This document shows, piece by piece, positions 22,507-28,501 of a stretch of DNA of 32,000 bases. A program made the position numbers and the translations under genes. Under the pieces are notes generated by a model. The model was not told where the DNA came from. It made no database searches and saw only the letters and a list, made by a program, of their open reading frames with translations. This stretch comes from Mycolicibacterium smegmatis (GTDB lineage: Bacteria; Actinomycetota; Actinomycetes; Mycobacteriales; Mycobacteriaceae). Every line of letters begins with the position of its first letter. Within the stretch, counting starts at the first letter, position 1. The stretch covers positions 6,570,001 through 6,602,000 of the forward strand of contig NZ_LN831039.1 of assembly GCF_001457595.1 (NCBI RefSeq). Direction: 5' to 3'.

Positions 22507-22800
22507 ATGGCCACGCGACCAACGACATCCGGTGAGAGCACCCGCAGCATCACGTGGGTCTGGCTGGCACTGACCGCGATCACGATCGGGTCGTGGTGGC
22601 TCGCACCCGCACACATCACGGGAACCGTCCAGGCGAGCACCACGATCACGGCCGTCGTGCTGGTCCTCACGTTCGTCAAGTGCCGTCTGATCATTCGGCA
22701 TTTCATGGAGGTTCGCACCGCACCCCGCTGGCTCGGGCACGCCACCGACGCGTGGCTCGTCGTGCTGCTCACCACGGTGTTCGTGATCTATCTGTTCTGA
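22507..22800 (+). CDS. Small 3-TM cytochrome oxidase subunit IV-like protein (CyoD / prokaryotic COX4 type)
   Basis: 97 aa, starting 1 nt after the previous stop. 'VLVLTFVKCRLIIRHFMEV' resembles the K-x-x-L-V...FMH block of CyoD-type subunits. Confidence 0.7.
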   Translation: MATRPTTSGESTRSITWVWLALTAITIGSWWLAPAHITGTVQASTTITAVVLVLTFVKCRLIIRHFMEVRTAPRWLGHATDAWLVVLLTTVFVIYLF

Positions 22801-22821
22801 TCTCACCGTATGGTGGTGGCG

Positions 22822-23427
22822 ATGAGCGACGCGCCGCGCAAGAAGCCGCGCCAGCGCCGGTCGAGAGAGACCGTCGAGGTGGTGCTGGAGGCCGCCGCGC
22901 AGGTTTTCGACCGCGAGGGACTCGCCGCGACCACCAACCGCATCGCCGAACGCGCCGGGGTGTCCATCGGTTCGCTCTACCAGTACTTCCCCAACAAGCA
23001 CGCGCTGCTCAACGCGCTCGCGCAGCGGCACGTGCAGACGGCCTCTGCGCGTCTCGACGCGGTCTTCACCGAACTGCGCCACGAGACACCAGAATTCGAC
23101 CAGACCCTGCGGTCGATCCTCGCGGTCGTCGTCGACCTGCACCACGACCGGCCCGCCCTACACCGGTTGATGCACCGCGTCGCGGTCCCGCGCGACGATC
23201 AACTCGCGGTGCTGCAGGAATTCGAGGACCGGCTCGCCGGCGAGGTCGCGTTCCACCTCGTGCGGTGCGGCCGCGTCCGGGATCCCGACGACGCCTCGGC
23301 GACGGCCCGCACCGTGGTGCACGCGGTCGACGCGCACCTGCACCGCGTGCTACCCCACCGCGAAGTCACCCGGGAGGCCGCCGTCGGCGATCTGGTCGGC
23401 CTGGTCGAACGGCTGCTGCGGCCCTGA
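22822..23427 (+). CDS. TetR-family transcriptional regulator
   Basis: HTH 'ETVEVVLEAAAQVFDREGLAATTNRIAERAGVSIGSLYQYFPNKHALL'. ATG 22822 is preferred; GTG 22810 is an alternative. Confidence 0.85.
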   Translation: MSDAPRKKPRQRRSRETVEVVLEAAAQVFDREGLAATTNRIAERAGVSIGSLYQYFPNKHALLNALAQRHVQTASARLDAVFTELRHETPEFDQTLRSILAVVVDLHHDRPALHRLMHRVAVPRDDQLAVLQEFEDRLAGEVAFHLVRCGRVRDPDDASATARTVVHAVDAHLHRVLPHREVTREAAVGDLVGLVERLLRP

Positions 23428-24366
23428 CGACCCACCACCGGCGAGCACGCTGTCGCAGACCCCGCGCAGCGCAGTCACCAGCTGACCGATCCCGGGCTCC
23501 TCGACCGGATAGTGACCACAGCTCTGCAGCAATACAGTCCGAGTCGGCGCCGAGATGCGGTCGGCGAACCGGATGCTCAGCGACCGCGGCGTCCACCGGT
23601 CGGCGCCCGGGTGCACCAGGGTCACGGATGCCGCGTCGAAGCGCTCCGCTGCGGTATGGCGAAAGTTCATCCAGCTTCCGAGAAACCCGAGCGGGATGTG
23701 CACGCCACCGCCGCGGGTGTCGCGCAGCACCAGTCGGTTCAGGTCCGGATTGCCGCTCATCGCAGCCATTTTCACGATCCATCGGATGGGCATCCGCACC
23801 CCGCCCACGTACCGGTCGGCCGCACCGAGGACCCGCGGCGCCACCCGCCCGAGCACCGGTACGCGCGCCGCGGCCGCCCGCGCCGCCGGGTCGGCCGGAT
23901 CGAGCAGGCACGTCGCCACCACGTGGGCGACCAGTCCGGTACGCGCGGCGACCTCGTAACCGAGCAGGCCGCCCATGCTCGCCCCGAACACCACGAGCGG
24001 ACGGTCGTCGTTCGCACACTCGTGGCGCACCAGATCGCTGACACACTCGACCCAGTCGTCGTAGCGCACCCGCCGCGGTTGCGGTACCCGGGTGTGCCCG
24101 TACAACGGCAGATCCGGCACCAGCACGTCGGCGCCCTCGGCGGCCGCCAACCCGGCGAACGGCCACAGCGCCGCGGCGTGCCCACCCGCGCCGTGCAGCA
24201 CCAGAACCCGCGCCCGACTGTCCGGCAGCTGCGCGCGCAGAATGTGCACGTCGTGTCCCCGCCACGACCACCACGTCGACGCCGGGGCAAGCGCCTGCCG
24301 GTACCCGGCGGGCAGGAACCCCGCATAGCGCTCGATGTCGGACCGAACTTCCCGCATGACATCCAT
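23350..24366 (-). CDS. Alpha/beta-fold hydrolase
   Basis: 'VLVLHGAGGHAA', nucleophile elbow 'VVFGASMGGLLG' (GxSxG), and C-terminal 'SCGHYPVEEP' His block. ATG 24366 is chosen. The 3' end overlaps the convergent TetR gene by 78 nt. Confidence 0.8.
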   Translation of the reverse strand: MDVMREVRSDIERYAGFLPAGYRQALAPASTWWSWRGHDVHILRAQLPDSRARVLVLHGAGGHAAALWPFAGLAAAEGADVLVPDLPLYGHTRVPQPRRVRYDDWVECVSDLVRHECANDDRPLVVFGASMGGLLGYEVAARTGLVAHVVATCLLDPADPAARAAAARVPVLGRVAPRVLGAADRYVGGVRMPIRWIVKMAAMSGNPDLNRLVLRDTRGGGVHIPLGFLGSWMNFRHTAAERFDAASVTLVHPGADRWTPRSLSIRFADRISAPTRTVLLQSCGHYPVEEPGIGQLVTALRGVCDSVLAGGGSSGPQQPFDQADQIADGGLPGDFAVG

Positions 24367-24551
24367 ACCGCAAGCCTGTGCCGCGCCGAATAGCCTGACA
24401 ACTCGCATTCGGTGGTCACAAAGCCGCCGGTGAACAGGCATCCGTCGTCGGCTGCTCGCGTTTCTGATCCGCCTGAAACTGGTGACAAACCCGGTTGTCA
24501 ACCTCCACTAGGCTTTTGCCATCTCGACCAGATGACGAGGGGAGCCTGCCG

Positions 24552-24836
24552 ATGGAGGTCGATCCGGAGATCCTGCGCGCTTTTGCCGGCCAGGTGGACA
24601 TCGCATCGGGGCTCATTCGCGAAGCCGATGCCGGAGACAAGGTCGCGACCGCCGCGGATGGGTTGGACGGCTCGACGACACAGTGGGCGGCACGACTCGT
24701 CGGATCGCACGTCAAAGAGATCGCGGCGCAGATCGCCGCTGACGTCAACGACATGGGCACCGCAGTTCGTGGCGCGGGCAACTCCTACGAAGTGACCGAT
24801 GCCGGTCTGGCGGGCAGCTTCGGGAAGATCTTCTGA
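24552..24836 (+). CDS. Small helical ESX-substrate-like protein (EspC/DUF2580-like) with a C-terminal YxxxD motif
   Basis: ATG 24552 with GAGGGGAG upstream, 94 aa. N-terminal 'MEVDPEILRAFAGQVD' and C-terminal 'GNSYEVTDAGLAGSFGKIF' (Y79-x3-D83, nt 24786-24800). Confidence 0.7.
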   Translation: MEVDPEILRAFAGQVDIASGLIREADAGDKVATAADGLDGSTTQWAARLVGSHVKEIAAQIAADVNDMGTAVRGAGNSYEVTDAGLAGSFGKIF

Positions 24837-24839
24837 CCA

Positions 24840-26132
24840 GTGTTGCCTTCACGTCCCCGCCTGGAGCGCTGGAACCCCGACTCGTTGTCGACGTCCGGTC
24901 AGAGCGCCCGAGAAGCCGGCGCGGCTGTCGGTCAAGCAGTAGCTCGTATCAGCAACAACCTCAAGACCATGCCGGAAACGCGATCGTGGTCGGGCGGCGC
25001 TCACGATGCGGCGGTCTCGATGTTCGAGCGGGCACAGAAGCAGACGGATAACTTTTCCAAGTACACGGCAGCCATCGGAGACGCGTTGAAAGGCGGCGCC
25101 GGACCGATCGGTAGCGCCCGCACAACACTGCTCAACAAGGCCGACGAGATCGATCAGAGCGGCCAATTATGGGTGAACGACCAATGGGTGGTCTTGATCA
25201 AAGGCGGCCAGATGACCGTCGAACAGGCCGCCGCGCTCGAAAAGCGTGCTCAGTCGGAGCAGCGGACTGTCATTACTCTTCTGTCCGCAGTCGGCAAGGC
25301 CGATGAAGACACGGCCGCGAAAGTGACGACTGCCGCGCAGCAGTTTGGTTTCGCAGTGCCCGACTCAGGTGGGCTCGGACCGCTGTTTCCTGGAGTCGCG
25401 AAACCAGACGACGAAGTGCCCAATCCGATGTTCCCCCTCGGGGTTCTACAGCAAGCTGTAATCCGCGACGGCGACATGAAGCAAACCGTCCGAGAGACAA
25501 CGGTCGAGAAGAAATACAATCCTGAGACCGGCGAAGAAATATCGACAGTTACGACCAGATACATGATGGACGGTAGTAGGTATGTCGAGACCGTCAACGC
25601 GAAAGCATCCTTCTCGGATCGTTCACCATTGACGACCGTCGTCCATTTCGACAAAGATAATAAGCAGATTTCCAGGACAGAAACTGTCACTTGGAAACCA
25701 TGGGCACCCAGTAGCCTTGCTGGCAAGACTACTAGTACAACTACCTACGCTGACGGCACAATAGCTGAATTGGAGCAATTACCAAACGGCGAGCAATTCG
25801 TGACGATAAGAACCCCGGATGCCCGGGAACCGAATGTGCCGATCAACCTCACCGACCATCCTGTGTTGAGTACCGTGAGCGCCGCGGGTGGCAAATACCT
25901 CGGGCCCGGAGTAGCAGTTGCCACGGCTCTGTGGGACTATCACGTGGCAGACTCCGACTTCAAGAAGTGTGTGGCCGCCGCCGAGGGAATCACAGGGGTA
26001 ACCGCCGGCACACTAGCAGGTCTTGCAACACTGGAGTTCTCTCCGGCTGTCTCGATACCGGTGGGATTGCTCGCAGCCGGTGGCGGCGAGGCTCTGGGCA
26101 ACTGGATCGGGAATACATTTTGTCCACGATGA
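24840..26132 (+). CDS. Modular WxG-bearing protein: helical N-domain, beta-rich middle, double glycine-zipper hydrophobic C-terminus (candidate T7SS-exported membrane toxin)
   Basis: 430 aa. GTG 24840 lies 3 nt after the upstream stop. W50-S-G52 is at nt 24987-24995. GxxxGxxxG occurs twice (G386/G390/G394 and G416/G420/G424). The CDS call is solid; the function is inferred. Confidence 0.75.
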   Translation: MLPSRPRLERWNPDSLSTSGQSAREAGAAVGQAVARISNNLKTMPETRSWSGGAHDAAVSMFERAQKQTDNFSKYTAAIGDALKGGAGPIGSARTTLLNKADEIDQSGQLWVNDQWVVLIKGGQMTVEQAAALEKRAQSEQRTVITLLSAVGKADEDTAAKVTTAAQQFGFAVPDSGGLGPLFPGVAKPDDEVPNPMFPLGVLQQAVIRDGDMKQTVRETTVEKKYNPETGEEISTVTTRYMMDGSRYVETVNAKASFSDRSPLTTVVHFDKDNKQISRTETVTWKPWAPSSLAGKTTSTTTYADGTIAELEQLPNGEQFVTIRTPDAREPNVPINLTDHPVLSTVSAAGGKYLGPGVAVATALWDYHVADSDFKKCVAAAEGITGVTAGTLAGLATLEFSPAVSIPVGLLAAGGGEALGNWIGNTFCPR

Positions 26133-26890
26133 GAACGGCCGGCGTACTACGTGTCGCATTCGTCTTCGCCATCCTGACAGGTGGAATTGTCTACATCGCC
26201 GTATGGGCGGCCATCTGGTTCGTTCATGGCGATTACATGACCACGGCATTGTGCCTCGGCGGTGTCGCATTGCTGACCGGCCTGATCCTTCACACAGCCT
26301 TCGGGGTATCAGGCAGAGCACGTCCGCGTACAGAATTTGGCCGTGACGGAACACTGGTCCGTCCTCAAAAACTCCCTGACGTGGCTTTTGGAACAGGCCT
26401 GGCCATAGGAGTACTTTCCGCCGCGATATATCTCGCTTTCTCGCAGCTGGGTACCGTCGCGTACACACCATCAGGAATTCTCCGCGTCGCATTTCCCGCG
26501 GCTTGCGCGTTCTATGTGATTTTCGGCATCCCAGTCCTCTATCGGATGTTGAAATTCCGCGACGGAAGCCATCTTCGTATCGACCCCAGCGGTTTCGAAG
26601 TGTGGGACGGCCAATGGAATACATTTGTGCGCGGGGGATGGGACGATGTTCAGCAGATTCTCGATCACCCCGTACGGGGGAAGACATCAGTTACCGATGT
26701 CATCGTTTTCGTCCTCGGTAAGCGAAAGAGCGCGAAGCTGGTAACCAACAGCATCACCGCCGACAGCCATGCGCTGAGGGAGTGGGTCCGTTTTTACTGG
26801 CAGCACCCGGAATATCGGGAGGAACTTGTCGACAGCCGAGGCGTGCACCGCCTCGAAGACCAGAGGTTCTCCCCGAGTGATGCGGCCTGA
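26129..26890 (+). CDS. 4-TM membrane protein with a C-terminal PH-like soluble domain (candidate immunity protein)
   Basis: ATG 26129 overlaps the upstream TGA (ATGA at 26129-26132). 253 aa with four hydrophobic helices in residues ~6-140. The C-terminal part is 'LRIDPSGFEVWDGQWNTFVRGGWDDVQQI...VIVFVLGKRKSAKLVTN', resembling a bacterial PH domain. Confidence 0.75.
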   Translation: MRTAGVLRVAFVFAILTGGIVYIAVWAAIWFVHGDYMTTALCLGGVALLTGLILHTAFGVSGRARPRTEFGRDGTLVRPQKLPDVAFGTGLAIGVLSAAIYLAFSQLGTVAYTPSGILRVAFPAACAFYVIFGIPVLYRMLKFRDGSHLRIDPSGFEVWDGQWNTFVRGGWDDVQQILDHPVRGKTSVTDVIVFVLGKRKSAKLVTNSITADSHALREWVRFYWQHPEYREELVDSRGVHRLEDQRFSPSDAA

Positions 26891-26956
26891 GAGAGGCCCC
26901 GGCGCATTGCGCTCGGATCCCCACACAAAGCTTCGGTTGATCAGAGCGCTTGCGGT

Positions 26957-26986
26957 TGAGGTGAGCCCCCTGTAGTGGTCCAGTCG
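26957..26986. repeat. Left terminal inverted repeat of the outer IS3-family element
   Basis: Starts TGAGG and shares the inner block GTGGTCCAGTCG with the right end. Confidence 0.7.
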
Positions 26987-27037
26987 TTGTGGGGACTCTG
27001 TTGCCCGAGTGTTCGGGCAGGAAGAATCACCAACGAC

Positions 27038-27325
27038 ATGACATCGAACAAACGCCGGCGGCATACCCCGGATCAGATCATCCGCAAGCTCGCCGAGGGC
27101 AACAAGCTCCTGGGGACCGGCCAGGAACTCGCCGAGGTGTGCCGGCACCTGGAGATCACCGAGTCGACCTGGCATCGCTGGGTGGCCCAGTACGGCGGCA
27201 TGAAAGCCAACGAGGCCAAACGCCTCAAGGAGCTCGAGGCGGAGAACGCCCGGCTCAAGAAGCTGGTCGCCAACCAGGCCCTCGACATCGACATGCTCAA
27301 GGAGATCTCGTCGGGAAACTTCTGA
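27038..27325 (+). CDS. IS3-family transposase OrfA (HTH + leucine zipper)
   Basis: 'MTSNKRRRHTPDQIIRKLAEGNKLL...ESTWHRWVAQYGGMKANEAKRLKELEAENARLKKLVANQALDIDMLKE'. Confidence 0.87.
   Translation: MTSNKRRRHTPDQIIRKLAEGNKLLGTGQELAEVCRHLEITESTWHRWVAQYGGMKANEAKRLKELEAENARLKKLVANQALDIDMLKEISSGNF
27313..27319 (+). promoter_or_regulatory. Candidate -1 programmed ribosomal frameshift heptamer G_GGA_AAC
   Basis: An X_XXY_YYZ heptamer lies in the OrfA frame (tcG GGA AAC ttc tga). The -1 frame reads GKLLTPNRKR and continues into OrfB. Confidence 0.6.
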
Positions 27326-28121
27326 CCCCGAACCGCAAGCGCAGCGCCGTCATCGCTCTGCGTGAACGGTTCGGGGTCTCTGAGCGCCGCGCGTGCTCGG
27401 TCGTCGGGCTGCACCGCTCGACGATGCGTCTGACGCCGGCTCCGGTCACCACCGAGGAGACCGAGTTGCGGGCGTGGCTGCGCCGGTTCTCCACTGATCG
27501 GCCGCGCTGGGGGTGGCGCCGGGCGGCGAAGATGGCCCGTCGCGCCGGCTGGAATGCCAACAACAAGCGCATCCGCCGACTGTGGCGCGAGGAGGGCCTG
27601 CGGGTGCCTCAGCGGCGCCGCAAGAAGCGGCTGACGGGGATCGGGGTCGCCGTGGGGGCGATGTCGCCGATCCGTCCGAATGCGATCTGGGCGATGGACT
27701 TTCAGTTTGATACCACCGCTGATGGTCGCACGCTGAAGATGCTCAACGTGATCGACGAGTTCACCCGCGAAGCCCTCGCCATCGAGGTGGATCGCAGCAT
27801 CGATGCCGACGGGGTCGTGGCTGTGCTGGATCGGCTCGCGCTCGTCCATGGGGCGCCGCACTATGTGCGTTTCGACAACGGGCCTGAGTTCGTCGCGCAC
27901 GCGGTGCGCGATTGGTGTCGATTCAACAGCGCCGGTTCACTTTTCATCGATCCGGGTTCGCCATGGCAGAACGCCTGGATCGAATCGTTTAACGGCAGAC
28001 TGCGAGACGAACTGCTCAACCTGTGGCGCTTCGATTCGCTACTGGAAGCCCGGGTGATCATCGAGGACTGGCGCTGCGATTACAACGCCAACCGGCCCCA
28101 CTCAGCCCACGGTGACCGCAC
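27313..28121 (+). pseudogene. IS3-family transposase OrfB (DDE), 3'-interrupted by the nested IS; the last 18 sense codons and stop resume at 29489-29543
   Basis: DDE blocks 'IWAMDFQFD', 'VRFDNGPEF' and 'WQNAWIESFNGRLRDE'. The frame breaks after '...NRPHSAHGDR'. Joining 28121 to 29489 restores '...GDRTPAEFALQWATTHQPKVA*'. Confidence 0.8.
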
Positions 28122-28151
28122 TGATCCGCCCCGGCGTGTCTGGAGAGTTCT
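28122..28151. repeat. Left IR of the nested IS6110-like element
   Basis: 'tgatccgccccggcgtgtctggagagttct'. Confidence 0.85.
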
Positions 28152-28172
28152 TCCGTTGGGAAGGATGGGCAC

Positions 28173-28499
28173 GTGGGATCGAAGTCATCGAGGCGGTATC
28201 CAGACGAGCTGAAGGTGCGGGCGGTGCAGATGGTGGCCGATCTGCGCAGCGAGACAGTTTCGGAGTGGGAGGCGATGGGCCGGGTTGCTGACCTGCTGGG
28301 CGTCGGTACTGCCGAAACGGTGCGCAAATGGGTCCGCCAGGCTGAGATCGACGCCGGCTCTCGGGCGGGGCAGACCAGCGAGGAATCCGAGGTCCTGCGC
28401 AAGCTGCGCCGGGAGAATGCCGAACTCAAGCGGGCCAACGCGATCTTGAAGGCGGCCTCGGTTTTCTTCGCCGCCGAGCTCGACCGGCCCTCTCAGTAG
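28173..28499 (+). CDS. IS6110-like transposase OrfA
   Basis: 'MGSKSSRRYPDELKVRAVQMVADLRSETVSEWEAMGRVADLLGVGTAETVRKWVRQAEIDAG...LRRENAELKRANAILKAASVFFAAELDRPSQ'. Confidence 0.88.
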   Translation: MGSKSSRRYPDELKVRAVQMVADLRSETVSEWEAMGRVADLLGVGTAETVRKWVRQAEIDAGSRAGQTSEESEVLRKLRRENAELKRANAILKAASVFFAAELDRPSQ

Positions 28500-28501
28500 T
28501 C

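Noticed and set aside
23350-23427. 78-nt convergent overlap between the TetR gene and the alpha/beta hydrolase gene
   Set aside because: The hydrolase tail after 'VLAGGG' looks disordered and may simply be read-through to the first stop. Overlapping 3' ends are common at this GC. I see no evidence of antisense regulation.
20274-24041. Long antisense or off-frame ORFs (20274-21170 -, 21861-22775 -, 22360-23145 -, 22554-24041 +, 23366-24373 -)
   Set aside because: They have Arg/His/Asp/Gly-rich artefactual translations overlapping genes that have clear family motifs.
25931-26128. Upstream extension of the immunity-candidate ORF overlapping the effector C-terminus
   Set aside because: It is Arg/Gly-rich and off-frame within the effector. 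The ATG at 26129 with an ATGA overlap is the natural start and begins directly with the first TM helix.
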